64,000 nt of DNA from Octopus sinensis (lineage: Eukaryota): contig NC_042998.1 in the NCBI RefSeq assembly GCF_006345805.1, forward strand, positions 189,782,001-189,846,000. Reading direction: 5' to 3'. Numbering within the stretch: position 1 is the first letter of the stretch; the number at the start of each line of letters is the position of its first letter. Below are positions 1 through 13,403 of the stretch, piece by piece. A program made the position numbers and the translations under genes. The notes under the pieces are model-generated. The model had not been told where the DNA came from. It worked only from the letters and a program-made list of their open reading frames with translations, and searched no databases.

Positions 1-276
1 CCGACGGGTAGGTAGTTTTACTGAGAAGACACATAACAAAGTCAAAATACCGCGGGTTCTTTCGAAGTTCCCTTACACCGCTGACTGGGTGAATCACGTG
101 TTTTGTGAACACCCATCATCTAAAGGGAGTAGGTGTTCTCCGATGAAGAAAAACAACATAGATTAGATATTTACATTGGAATATTGAGAATGAATAGATA
201 TACTATTGTTTGGATTCTCGCTATCCCCGCGTGCATCTCCTGAATTATATATATATATATATATATATACTCTCGT

Positions 277-366
<90 letters not shown>

Positions 367-514
367 TTCGATTTACAGTTGGAATGAAACGTCTTTTATG
401 AATTATCTGCATACCGATTCTAATTTTCCTTCATATATATGTTCTTTTCGCCTGGATTCACAGAATCCTGACCGAGGTATTCACCTGGATTTCTTAGATC
501 CCTATTTTCTTAAT

Positions 515-1305
515 GAATATGTGGAAACAGACGAAGAAGGCCGGCGTCATCAACGCTGAAAATTGTGTAACTAAAGAAAGATTTAAACAAGAAATGAACA
601 AAAAAAAAGGAAGTAAAATCGTGGAAGGAAAAGAAAATGTACAGTCAGTTTGCAAGAGATGTGAACACAAAGACAGATACAGAGGGATGGTGGCTATCGA
701 TGAGGAGGAGCGACCTGAAAATAGAGACAGAGCATTCATATGCGCAGGAACAATCTCGGGAACAAGCGTTAAAGATCAACTATATGAAGTGCAGAATAGA
801 CAACACTACCGATAGTAACAAATGCAGAATGTGTAGTGAGAGGGGTGAGACGGTATGGCACATCGTTAGCAAAAGCCCGAAATTGGCACAACGCGAATAC
901 AAAAGTACAAAAGACGCCATGACAATGTGGCAAGGATGATCGATTGATAGCTCTGCGGAAATCACGGACTGCAAAGAGCAAACTCCAGAAGGAGTCACCG
1001 AAAATGAGAATTGCAAAATCCTGTGGGATGCAATGATCCAGTACTATCAGCCTGCCAGACATCAGAAACCTGACATTGTTGTGGTGAATAAAAAAGAAAG
1101 AACATGTATGATTATTGACATAGCATGCCCCGTTGGCGACAAGGTCAATGTGAAAGAAGAAAACAACTATGTCGACTTAAAGTGAGAAATACGAATGTTG
1201 TGGTCAATGAAGAGACGTGATACAAATAGTAATTTGTACACTTGGAAGTATCAGCATCCAGCTACCAGCATGGCTGAAAAAGATTGGTGCAAGTGTGAAG
1301 CTGTG
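515..1305 (+). mobile_element. R4/Dong-type non-LTR retrotransposon 3' fragment (post-RT region, zinc knuckle, RLE endonuclease), degenerate
   Basis: Frameshifted translation gives SWKEKKMYSQF, EQALKINY, CRMCSERGETVWHIV (CCHC-type knuckle), KILWD, KPDIVVV..IIDIACP (PD-D/E RLE). Confidence 0.9.
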
Positions 1306-1327
1306 AGTTTTCATATATTGAATATGC

Positions 1328-1407
1328 TGTCGTCGTCGTCGTCGTCTTCGTCGTCGTCGTCGTCATCATCATCATCATCATCATCATCAATCATCACCCC
1401 CCCTACC

Positions 1408-1452
<45 letters not shown>

Positions 1453-1467
1453 GTTGTTGTTGTTGTT

Positions 1468-1503
<36 letters not shown>

Positions 1504-1524
1504 ATTATTATTATTATTATTATT
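1328..1524. repeat. Compound trinucleotide microsatellite (TCG/TCA/ACC/ATC/GTT/ATT)
   Basis: Visible; lies between two convergent R4/Dong copies. Confidence 0.98.
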
Positions 1525-3884
1525 GATTTTTATTATGAACGCCTCTCTGATAATTCTTAATTACCAGCTATTCTTTACTAGAAAGCAGGCAACAACAAAT
1601 CAGCACATGTTTCAATTAGTGACTCCTGTGAATCAAAGAAATAATATTCTCATTAGAATGCGAGCTGCACTCAACAATGACGTCTTCTAGATCACCTCGA
1701 GCCTGACAGCAGCTCCAATATTCTTAATATATTTTTCAAAGTCCTTGGAAACTCCTCATAATGCTCCAATTACCACCGGTATCACCGTTACTTTCTTTAT
1801 GCCCATAACATCTTTTCTGTCTCCTCACATTTCACTTTCGAATCGCCTGGTATTGCAACATCTATTTACTTCTTTTTAATCTTTATGGATGAGCACGATA
1901 CCTGATCGTCTCGCCTCTATGACTTGGTCGCACTAAATGTTAAAATCCCAGAGTATTTTGTAATGTTCGTTTTCCATTATTCCCTCTGGCTTGTGTTCAT
2001 ACCTTTGTTCGGTTCTCTCGGGGTTTGCTTTACCGCACAACAACCAGTGGACATATCTGACCACATTGTCGTGTCTCCTTTTATATTCGTGTTGTGTGAG
2101 GTTATACCACTCATTAACAATATGGTCTATACTTTCTCCCATCTCAGAGCACATCCTAGACTGTGGCGAGTCGGTGTTTTTATCAATGTGATGTTTGGAG
2201 TAGTTTGGTTTGAGAGCTTGTTCTTGACCGCAGCGCACTATTGCCTCAGAGGGCCCTTTTAAGTCTCCTTTCTGTAGCCATTGCGAGGTTCTATTAATCT
2301 CATCTTTATTCTTCAAGAACTGACTGTGCATTTTCTTGTCATTAGCTGAAATTATATCCTTAAGTGCAAGGCGGATTTTACCAATTATTTTCATGTTTTG
2401 GTTAGAGTTGCGGATTTTAGGGCGTGTATCGCGTTCATCCATACTGGTTTCTTTAATTTTCAGCCATTCAATCATGATTTGATTCTTTAGTTCATGTAGT
2501 TCAGTTGGGTCAATATTTGTGTGACTTTCTTCATCTATTTGATGTTCATTCGTCTTAGTATTTATGATTGGTTCAGTGAGTATTTCACTTTGCCTATCAG
2601 TTATACTAACTCTTTCAATCCTTACTGCGTTTTTATCAGCCCTGGGCTGGTCTATAATTATTTCCTCTGTATTATCTTCTTTAGCTGCGGCTTCGTTGTT
2701 TTTATCCGTTACTGCAAGTTTGATTTGGTCAATCTCTACTTCAGTCAATAATTTGTTATTTATAATGTTTCTTCTGACGTTGGCAAGTTTGATACTGTCT
2801 ATGTAGGGTCTTACTTCAGGGTGTTTCTGTCTCCAGTTTATGTAGGTTTGTACAGTGTTAGATTTATCTGTGGGGAAATATATGGCATGGTAGAAGGCCG
2901 TAAGAACTTCCTTATTATCTCCCCTAGACCATTTTTTATTCTTTTTCTTTTGGTTATTTGATGACGGGCATGGATGGCCACCTGTTGGAATATTCCGCTT
3001 GTGTCCAGCTCCTGTGTGTCGGGAAGATTTGAACCAGTGGCTGATTTTTCAATCAGAATTTGGTTCAATGTTCGGGTTTGTGGTCTTTTGTAAACCGCTC
3101 GATGACCATTGCGGTTTGTAATTTCTTTTGTTGAAATTGAGGCATGACGAGCTTCGGCTCTTACATTAGGAGTCAGATCTGTCAGTTTAGGGTTAAGTTT
3201 TTGCGACGATACCGCCTCTGAATGTAAGCATCGCTCGTAGCGTAATTTCTTAAGGCTAGCAGATCTGTATTCGTCTGTATTTTTTTTTTGTTGATAGATT
3301 TACCTCCGGACATTTTTTTTTTGTGGTGCTTTTTACCCTTATGAAAGGTTCACTCTGTGGTAGTTCTAAAATATGAGAATAAAATAAGAAAAAACAAAGA
3401 AAGTTTTGATTTTGCTTTTGCTTGGTTTGTGAAACGTGTTTTCATGTGCGTGAGTGTGTGTCCTGTAAATTTCACTTAGTGTGTACAACTTTGGGATGTA
3501 TGTGTAGTTCTATGGGTATCAAAATGTATATATGATTGTGTAGACATTCGAATGTATGCGTAATTACTCAATTTATGTACTCACTATTTTTTTAATTTTG
3601 GTCCGTTTCTGTTTTATTCTATGTAAACTTCCCGGTGTTGATATCGCGCGTGTGTTTCGCACATGTTTCACTGAGACACCGTGCATAGGAGAAACTGCAC
3701 TTTGCATGGCAGTAAAATTTCGTTCTTTTCTTAGTGTCTTCGTTAAAAGGTCGCTTCCTTCAAGTTTTCCTCAGGTTCCTTTATCTAATTCCCTTGATGT
3801 TATTGGATTAGATTTGTTTTTGAATGGAGAGCCCGGTTTAGTACATCCATGTTGTTATTCAGTGCAGGTTTCCTTCCCTTCAGT
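1525..3884 (-). mobile_element. R4/Dong-type retrotransposon with both ends apparently present but RT domain deleted; (TAA)n at the 3' side and (AAG)n-(AAT)n at the 5' side
   Basis: Minus strand: putative ATG at 3313; N-terminal motif KWSRGDNKEVLTAFY..WRQKHPEVRPYIDSIKLANVRRNII; in-frame junction near 2341-2346 to DKKMHSQF..WLQKGDLKG..EQALKPNY..KILWDFNI; RLE end GAL.GV..TSLLSAARIL, stop 1633-1635; ~108-nt 3' UTR running into (AAT)n. The 5' boundary at 3884 is inferred from the flanking microsatellite. Confidence 0.85.
1933..2748 (-). CDS. 271-aa in-frame fusion of retrotransposon N-terminal region to post-RT/zinc-knuckle region (no RT); probably a non-functional remnant
   Basis: ORF track protein; N-terminal half to ..DIISAN, C-terminal half from DKKMHSQF; knuckle cysteines are mutated (SRMCSEMGESIDHIVNEW). 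Confidence 0.5.
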   Translation of the reverse strand: MTEVEIDQIKLAVTDKNNEAAAKEDNTEEIIIDQPRADKNAVRIERVSITDRQSEILTEPIINTKTNEHQIDEESHTNIDPTELHELKNQIMIEWLKIKETSMDERDTRPKIRNSNQNMKIIGKIRLALKDIISANDKKMHSQFLKNKDEINRTSQWLQKGDLKGPSEAIVRCGQEQALKPNYSKHHIDKNTDSPQSRMCSEMGESIDHIVNEWYNLTQHEYKRRHDNVVRYVHWLLCGKANPERTEQRYEHKPEGIMENEHYKILWDFNI

Positions 3885-3992
3885 CTTCTTCTTCTTCTTC
3901 TTCTTCTTCTTCTTCTTCTTCTTCTTCTTCTTCTTCTTCTTCTTCTTCTTCTTCTTCTTCTTCTTCTTCTCCTCCTTCTTCTTCTTCTTCTT

Positions 3993-4063
<71 letters not shown>
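3885..4063. repeat. (CTT)n-(ATT)n compound microsatellite
   Basis: Visible. Confidence 0.98.
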
Positions 4064-4064
<1 letters not shown>

Positions 4065-4066
4065 GT

Positions 4067-4257
4067 CTACCAGCCCAGTTAGGTTTTAAAATCCATATTT
4101 GTAGACAATTATATTTAATGCCTACATTTCTAATAGATCAGACCCCCAATAACATTTCATTTGGTGATAATGAGAGATCCATAAGAAACGTAGACACTAA
4201 ATAATTGTCTACAAATATGGATTTCGAAGCATAAGGTGCCCGTAACTGAGCCGGTAG
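4067..4257. mobile_element. Small MITE-like inverted-repeat element (~190 bp)
   Basis: ctaccagcccagtt / aactgagccggtag (2 mismatches) and aatccatatttgtagacaattat / ataattgtctacaaatatggatt (perfect) inverted pairs; no clear TSD. Confidence 0.5.
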
Positions 4258-4365
4258 GTTATATTAATAACAACATTCAGCTCTATTGACTATAAAGAAT
4301 GCTCTTCTTTTACTTCTGACATTCTGCGGAAAATGTCTATATTATCTATCTATCTATCTATCTAT

Positions 4366-4568
4366 CTAAAGTTAATCCAAACAAGAAAACAAAAAAAAAA
4401 AAAAGCACAACAACGCAAGGACGTGTAACAAATATAGTATTGGACGCTCAGGAAAGAAGGAAAGAAGGAGGGTTTAACGTTTCGAGCGGAGCTCTTCGTC
4501 AGAAACATAGGAGAAGGAAAGATCCAGAGAAGGGAAGACAGGAAAAAAATCGCCAACGGTACACACAC
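4366..4568 (-). mobile_element. Short Penelope-like (pLTR-type) terminal fragment embedded in (TATC)n
   Basis: ~200-bp non-repetitive insert between two (TATC)n runs carrying a hammerhead motif; similar architecture to 53140-53325. Confidence 0.55.
4472..4506 (-). ncRNA. Minimal type I hammerhead ribozyme motif, intact core
   Basis: Minus strand GTTT-CTGACGA-A-GAGC(tcc)GCTC-GAAA-CG-TT-AAAC: stem I 4 bp, stem II 4 bp, palindromic ACGT stem III. Confidence 0.7.
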
Positions 4569-4572
4569 TGTC

Positions 4573-4664
<92 letters not shown>

Positions 4665-4683
4665 GTCTGTCTGTCTGTCTGTA

Positions 4684-4742
<59 letters not shown>

Positions 4743-5290
4743 TTATCTACCTATGTGAGTGTTGAGTGTGTGTCTATGCATGTGCGTTACATACCTACCT
4801 ACATACATACATACGTACCTACCTACATACATAAATGCATACATACATGCATACATACACACACACACAAACACACACACACACACACATACACACGCAT
4901 ACACTCATATGTATATGTTCATACATACTTACAGGTGCTTGTGTCTTTACCTATCTTAATACTATCACAGTATTTCTCAGCTCAGTCTATCTTGTTCTAA
5001 TACTCATAAAAGTGGCGATGGAGAGGTAGAAATCGTTAAATTTGTTGGAGTGAACTGCTTGTTGAATTTTGTCACAGCTCTTTATTCTCTGATTCCAAAC
5101 ACCACCAAGGTCATTCGACTTAATTATTGGTAAAATACTATACCAGTCAATTATTGATCTATTCAATCGATTATACCTTCCTCAAATATTTGTGCCCTCG
5201 CGCCAATATTAGAAATCAATATTCATGACATTTCTTGAATATTTTAAACAATAATTAGAATATATAGACATAATATATGTCTATAATATA

Positions 5291-5448
5291 TAGGAGTGGC
5301 TGTGTGGTAAGTAGCTTGCTAACCAACCACATGGTTCCGGGTCCAGTCCCACTGCGTGGCACCTTGGGCAAGTGTCTTCTACTATAGCCTCGGGCCGACC
5401 AAAGCCTTGTGAGTGGATTTGGTAGACGGAAACTGAAAGAAGCCCGTC

Positions 5449-5495
<47 letters not shown>

Positions 5496-5715
5496 TGTGT
5501 GTGTTTGTGTGTCTGTGTTTGTCCCCCTAGCATTGCTTGACAACCGATGCTGGTGTGTTTATGTCCCCGTTACTTAGCGGTTCGGCAAAAGAGACCGATA
5601 GAATAAGTACTGGGCTTACAAAAGAATAAGTCCCGGGGTCGAGTTGCTCGAGTAAAGGCGGTGCTCCAGCATGGCCGCAGTCAAATGACTGAAACAAGTA
5701 AAAGAGTAAAGAGTA
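5291..5715 (+). mobile_element. tRNA-headed composite SINE (Octopus OR-type family), full length with internal (TA)n/(TG)n
   Basis: Head aggagtggctgtgtggtaag..ggttccgggtccagtcccactgcg, core ccttgggcaagtgtct, tail gaaacaagtaaaagagtaaagagta; many copies in window. Confidence 0.9.
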
Positions 5716-8249
5716 ATTATTCCCGACTATAAAAATATATAGAAATATATATTTTAAAAATTCTGAAGAAATGAAACCGAGTGTTAGATGTTCAGATTTA
5801 GCGTAGCAGAGAGAAAATTTGGATTAACGGCAACGTACGAATTTCAGATTCTGCGTTGACTTGTTTGATTCAAATGTTTGACGTTAGATTAATGATTAAC
5901 GGGGACGATTGAGTAATTTAGTTTAATAATCTATTGCTGAAGAATAATTTCTATTTGGTTTTCAAGTAAAAATATTTTGTAAGCTTCGTTGCAAGATTTC
6001 AAATCCTTTATTCTAAGTTTGTTGAATTTTTCCCTTGCGGTGTGTAGCAAAATCCCATTAGCAAATTAGGCGCGCAAATTCAACACAGCTCAACACTTAG
6101 GCACATAAAACAACCAATGGACAAAATTAAATCAATATCCACTCCACCTAGTTATGCTCAAATAGAAAAACCACCACATATCAAACGCACGAATCCAAAT
6201 ATCTATGTAAACACACTTCATCATGCGCCAACCAAACAATTTCATTCACTAAGAATCACGTGCTCGTTATTTTAGATTAAAAAATGATCTCATATTGATC
6301 GAAATGTTTCGCTAAGCGAACAAAGCAATGATTCAGCCATTCTGCCATTGCTAACGAAACTTTTCTCATAGGTATCAGAGACGTGTATAAATATCTTATA
6401 ATGCATTCTCCTCTTTATGTTTTATTTTATAAAGCAATATTAGAATAATTAAATAAATGAATGAATTAATCAAATAATAGATATTTAAAATTTCCTGTCC
6501 TTATATAAGTATAAAGTCTTAAATGGATTTTCTATCATAAAAGTATAAAAATATAAAAATACTTGAAAACGATGTCAAAGAAATTAAAATTTCTATATTC
6601 CAGGGTTTAAAGTGGAAGTTATTTTTCTTACAATTAACTTTCATAAGTTTTTCAATGCATTTATTTATATTTCATTGATTATATTGAATTCACTAATTTG
6701 AAACAATTATGTTATATCGTTTTTTAATAAACTCGGTACAAATGAATAGTAAATTTAATTGTTGACATTTTATAGTGAAGTCTTACTAATGAAGCGATAT
6801 AAAATTGTATCTAACCATTTCGCAATATAAAATTCTAAGATTCTGTATGACAGATTATATGCTAAATAAATTATATGCACTTTACATTACTCAATATACG
6901 TGGAATCAATTTAATTGCAATTTATTTGGACTAAAAATGAGAAGTCCGATTTGCGATTTATATTCTATCCATACATCATGAAATTATTCATTTTCCTTTA
7001 TATTATTTGCAAACATTCCTCTTAATCCTACACACACATACACACATAGACACACACACACACACACAACACACACACACACACACCACACACACACACA
7101 TACACACATACGTATGTAAGTGTTTGCATACATACATGCATACATATGTACGTACGTACTTATACACGCACACACACATATATATTATTTTCAAAAGCTT
7201 AAAAGAAAATAGAAAAAACAAGTTGTCCATCTCACTGAAACCGTATGTAAATATGTTCATTGTGACTCAACTATTTTTTCCAGCTCCATCAACTACTCAG
7301 CTCACACGGCTAAGTGCATTTTAATGATGTCAGAGATGAATATCATGATACCTCCATTTTGCAATCCTAGAATAGAAGCAGGAAGAGGCTTTAAAAAATA
7401 TGAAACAATAATGCGAAAAAACAAGATATGCATATCGCTAGGTTTCTCCAACAAATACCTTCTGCTAACGATAGTAGCCATGAAATCCTTCGAGAACATA
7501 GTATGATTCAGTGGAACATACCATAACTGGTGCATCTGATAGATCATCTTTTTATGAGATTTCCACAGTGTCAATAAATATAAGATTTAGTCACTTGAAC
7601 GTTATTCTTTACTTTATAAAAAATATAAAATAAAAATAATAACAATAAAAACTTTTGAAAGAATGTTGTAAAGTTTATCTTTTATTATTTATTTTTTTAC
7701 GCTTTTGCTCTAGTTTTGCTTTTTCGCCATTTAAAAGTTTGTGAAATGTTATATTTAAGATATTTGTAAGAAATTGGCGACATTTTTATATCTTCTAAAA
7801 CAACCTAAAAAAAGAGAGAAAAAAAAAACGAAAACTTAAACAAAGAATCAAGTGATATATTGATTCAGTATTTCTATTTGGTTTCTGATAAATCTATTTA
7901 TGTTTTTTTACAGATAAACAAACGATTCAATCAGTTCGGTTCGAAGGTGCTCATAGTTTCAACAAGAGATTCAGTTTGGTTAGCAAAAGTCAAATACTGG
8001 TCAACAAAGAGATTAACAATAGTAACCGTTTGCGGTTAAGAGAATAATAGTTATCGACTGTTGGTCAACGTAGTGATTGACGGAAGTCTAAATCAGCAAT
8101 GACGCTATTTACAATAATAAATAAGTAGATAAATAAATAAATAAATGTGCTTATGTTTATGTAACGGTTGAGAAAACCTGTCGTAATTGTTGACGTAGTA
8201 GTCGTAGAAGCGGTTGCGGTTATGACTGTATGATGGTGGACAATCTAGC

Positions 8250-8492
8250 GGTGGAAGTTATGCTGGGGTGACCGCAGTTATAGCCTGGGCCAGAAAACGA
8301 AAATCCGACGAGCTTGTACTACGTAGCTGTACTCTAGGCGTAACAGCCGGGAAGTGACGCAGCCCAACGCCGCGAAAATTTTCGCACATTCTCAGGAAGA
8401 GTGGTATCACTTCCTACACAAAGGATTTTGCCCACGCGGCATTAGTTTCGGCGGTAAAAAATGAAGTGGGATACTTTTTGAACGTAGTTGTA
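8250..8492 (-). mobile_element. Tc1/mariner terminal fragment
   Basis: Terminus gtgggatactttttgaacg..TA resembles mariner TIRs; no transposase visible. Confidence 0.45.
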
Positions 8493-8544
8493 TATCTATA
8501 TACATGCATATATGCGTGATTGTATGTATAAATATATGTATTCA

Positions 8545-8576
<32 letters not shown>

Positions 8577-8625
8577 AACACACACACATACATACATGCA
8601 GACAGACAGACAAACAGACACACAC

Positions 8626-8656
<31 letters not shown>

Positions 8657-8709
8657 TACATACAGACAGACAGACAGACACACACGCACATACACGCTTG
8701 TAAATGTTC

Positions 8710-8882
8710 GTGGCCTTGTGGATATAGTATTGCACTTAAAATCGTAATATCGGGGTTTCAAAACCCAGATTGGTGGAGCGTTGTCTTCTTGAGCAAAACA
8801 CTTCATTTTATGTTGCTGTAGTTCACTCAGCTGTTAATGGGTAACCCCGCGATGGACTGGCGTTCTGCTGAGGGGAGAATGT
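8710..8882 (+). mobile_element. Degenerate tRNA-derived SINE
   Basis: ttcttgagcaaaacacttcattt..gttcactcagctg..gcgatggactggcgt blocks shared with 28918 and 38334 copies. Confidence 0.7.
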
Positions 8883-9979
8883 TGGCTCACCCGCCAAACC
8901 AGTTGTGTGGTATTGTGAAGAACGGCGAGTACGGCTGGACACTTATTTTCTATCACTACAATTGTTTCCACGCAACGTAGTTCTTCAGGCGCGCAGGTGT
9001 TTGATTATGCAACCGTTTCCCTGCATTATGAGATCTAGTTGTGTTTTCTCAGGGGATATATAAATACTATCTCCGTAAGTTCAAATTCTCGGCTTCAAGA
9101 ACATTCTCTCTGTCTGTCGGGGCCTGAATTTTGTAGCAGTCACTAAGTTTATCAAGGTGTGTTGTTGCCGAAGGGCCGTTGGCAAACTGCTTTGGATGTA
9201 TAGATGTAGTGGGAAGGTGATTCTGGTACTGTTAAAGTGGTTGCCATTTTAAAGGGATTGGCATTTTATTTCTTTGTACTGCTGATTTGTTCTTCGTGGC
9301 TGGTTACACATACGATTGTCCTTAGCTGACCTTTATGAATCGGCCTGTTATATCCATACACGTTTTAACGCTCCCCCACATACATACATACATACATACA
9401 TACATACATACATACATACATACATACATACATTTTCTAAGCGTCACCCACTATTCTCGTCTTCTTGGTCCCAAGGCCGTATCTTGTTCAACTGTTTGTC
9501 CTCGTTCACTGTCCTAAAACGCTCTGTATCGTTTTACTTGTTTTGTTTCGTTTTGTTTGCTCTTGTCCCTAATGCTACGCATGAAAACCTTTTTGGGGGG
9601 CACCGTCAACAGGGAAGCATTCGGTCCTATCGTTAAAGGTGCGAAAATGAAAACTACCATTGGTCGATATCTGTTTGTTTCACACTTGTTTTTACATTCA
9701 GTATACGTTATGCCGCTTGTTTATATATATTTTTTATTTATATATATATATATAGATTCAAATGAATATGGTACTTAAGTTAGATGCACCAGAATTTTGT
9801 ATGGTGTTATCCATAATATGAAAATTATGTAGTGATGGAAAACCTCTATAAATGGCTGATGATTGCTCACATTTTTAAAACTGTTGTAATACTTACAATA
9901 TTTAATAAAATGATGTAGCGTGAAACGATCGTATTTGTACCAAATTACCGAAGTATTCTTGTTGCTTATTTTGAGTATA

Positions 9980-10029
<50 letters not shown>

Positions 10030-10263
10030 TGTGTGTGTGTGTATGTGCGTCTTTGGGTTTGTCCCTCCACCATCGCTGGACAACGATGTTGGTGTGTTTA
10101 TGTCCCCGAAATCTAGCGGTTCGGCAAAAGACACCGATACAATAAATACTAGACTTACAAAGAATAAGCCCTGCGGGCGATTTCTTTGACTAAAGGCGGT
10201 GCTTCAGCATGGTCACAGCCAAATGACTGAAACGTGTAAAAGTGTAAAAAAGTAAATGAGTAA
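10030..10263 (+). mobile_element. 3' half of OR-type SINE
   Basis: gtttgtccc..ggttcggcaaaaga..aaggcggtgcttcagcatgg..aaatgactgaaac, as in 5510-5715. Confidence 0.85.
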
Positions 10264-10536
10264 AACACACACACACACATACGTATATATACACATACAT
10301 ACAACATACATATACACAAATATATACACACGCACACGTATACGAATATGTAATCGCACTGACATACATACACATGTACAAATATATATACATACACACA
10401 CGCACGTATATACATACACTGATGCACATGCGTATATATATATATATATGATGATTGATTGATTCTAGTTTCAGCTCACGAGCTGTGGCCATGCTGGCGC
10501 ACCGCCATTAAAATAATAGGGAGGCAGCCGTGACCA

Positions 10537-10574
<38 letters not shown>

Positions 10575-11178
10575 CTACACATACATACATACATGCATAC
10601 ATACATAGATGCATACATATATGTGGATTCATACATTCATGCATACTAATCACGTAGACAGGCACGCATACGTATACATAGAAATACAACCTGACACATG
10701 TATACATGAGTATGGGAGAATGGGAGCAGGAGAGAGTTCACCGAATTATTATTATTCATCAATTGTGTTCTATCTAGAAAATGCAAATTTCGCGCGGTGC
10801 CAACATCTTCGTTTACCAAGTTTTCTTTCCTTAACAGAATGCATAAGGCTTCTTCAAGGCACAGACGCCAGATAATACCTTATATGTGTGTGCATTTTGT
10901 TTTTATCATTGAACATTCTATTTCATATTTTATTTTTCTTTCTTTTAATCTCCATAGTAGGTCCGCTGGTGATGTTGCGTGTCGTCGGCTCATGTTTCGG
11001 AATGAGGAGTTATGGTTGCGATAACGGTCCTTAAATTGATTTTCGGAGGCTCCTATGTATGTGTATTTATGTTATGGTGTGGTGATTGTGCATTTGTATA
11101 TGATGTTTTTTTGCATGCATTGGTTCTTGAGTGGACAAATTATATATATCTTTCAATTAACGCATACACACACACACA

Positions 11179-11210
<32 letters not shown>

Positions 11211-11728
11211 AGAGCTACTCATTTTGGCCCACTAACGGGCCAAAATTGGCTCAGGTATTCATGCACATTGCTCACCGACAGGATAAGTGCGTAGTCAGAA
11301 TTTAAAAAGTAAACAAACTTCACTACTTATGTGTAATCAAAACATACACACAAAAAATAAATAATAAAGAGAAAAAGAATGTTTCAAAGAAAACAGAACC
11401 TTATCGTATGTTCTCACCGTTATATATCTTCAGAAATAGTATCATGTGCGCTGGTCAACGTCATTCTGCATGTTACCTGCTACCGTCTCTGGCCGCCATT
11501 TCGTAATTTTTAAAGCTAGCAAATTCTTTCAAGGTCGACTGAGTTTTGCCCTCTTTCTCTGTCTCATTCTCCTTACACGTGTATACACACAGATAGATAT
11601 AATTTTATTTATGAGTAAGATAACCATGGATTACTTCCTTAACAGAAAAAAATGTCCATTAGACTACACACAATTCTAACACAGTTGTATTGGAGAAATT
11701 TTGTTTACGATACACACACACGCACACA

Positions 11729-11786
<58 letters not shown>

Positions 11787-11986
11787 AGTTGATTTTGAAT
11801 GTAAAGCAGATGTTTGAGAATCAAAAATGTGAAACCTGTATTTTTAAATTGTGAAGATTCAATTTCATTTACAAAAAAATATCTATAAAGTGATCCATGT
11901 AAAAACATACATTCTTTATACATTCATGCATATACTCATGTGGGGATAGCTATCTCTTCTCTCCTCTCTCTCTCTCTCTCTCTCTT

Positions 11987-12018
<32 letters not shown>

Positions 12019-12223
12019 TAACTGTCTATCTATCTTGTTCACTCTCTTTCACTCTCTTTCACTCTCTCTCTCTCTCTCTCTCTATCTCCATTATATCACT
12101 CATACACACATACATTATGCTGTACACATGTGCATATGCATATATATATAATATTCATATGTTTGAATTATCTAGCTAGCTAGTCATTTATTTATCTATT
12201 ATATATTTATGTGTGTTGTGTTT

Positions 12224-12277
<54 letters not shown>

Positions 12278-12302
12278 TGTACATATATATAATATATATA
12301 TC

Positions 12303-12340
<38 letters not shown>

Positions 12341-12935
12341 ATATATATATACATACATATGTATCTAACCCTTACTTGTTCACAGAAACACTGCACATAA
12401 GTATATGCTATTTTCATTTATGTTTTATACGATTTCAATGTTGGTAATCCTGGAAGAATTTTTACTAAAATGATAATTTTTATATTTTATATTACAATTT
12501 CTGTCGGCATTTTTTATTTAAATATTTTCATTTGGTATACATAAAAGCGTTTGCACTTAAACAAAAAAGCAAAAAAAAAAAAAAACCTCATATCTCTTTT
12601 ATAGCATTGAAAATATCAAATGCTTACTTTCACTTTAGTTGCAAAGTTATTTTCTACGCATTACCACAACGTTCTAGAGACGAGAACGATACATCTGACA
12701 GGGAGGCAGAGTTAATTGCCTTTGCAAAGATGCCATACAACAATTGCAGTGAGAAAAAAAAAGATAATAAAGAACTAAAGCCATTGATTTTTGTGTCTGG
12801 TACCTTATATCTCTATATATGGTACCAGACATAAAACGTGCATGTGTGTATACATACACATATACATACATACATAAATGCATATGCACACGTTAATGTA
12901 TGTACACATATATGTGTATGTATATAATACATGTT

Positions 12936-12994
<59 letters not shown>

Positions 12995-13203
12995 GTATAT
13001 ATGCATATAAACATATATATATTTATTCGTATTTACTCACACACTCACACACACACACACACAAACATACATATATATATTGCGCGACTATCAATATATC
13101 AATATATTTGTCTATCCCCTCTCTCTCTGTTTGTATATACGTAGATGTGTGTGTGTATGTCTTTACATATGCATTTATGTGTATACATACATGCATATAT
13201 ATG

Positions 13204-13236
<33 letters not shown>

Positions 13237-13275
13237 CATACATATACATACATATATATACATATATATACATAC

Positions 13276-13328
<53 letters not shown>

Positions 13329-13358
13329 TACATATACATATATACATATAATATACAT

Positions 13359-13403
<45 letters not shown>

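Noticed and set aside
8890-9312. Possible LTR/gag remnant (minus strand begins TGTAAC)
   Set aside because: No second LTR, PBS or recognisable gag motif
11221-11246. 10-bp perfect hairpin attttggccc-actaac-gggccaaaat
   Set aside because: A stem of this size is plausible by chance in 64 kb; no Helitron CTRR end or other context
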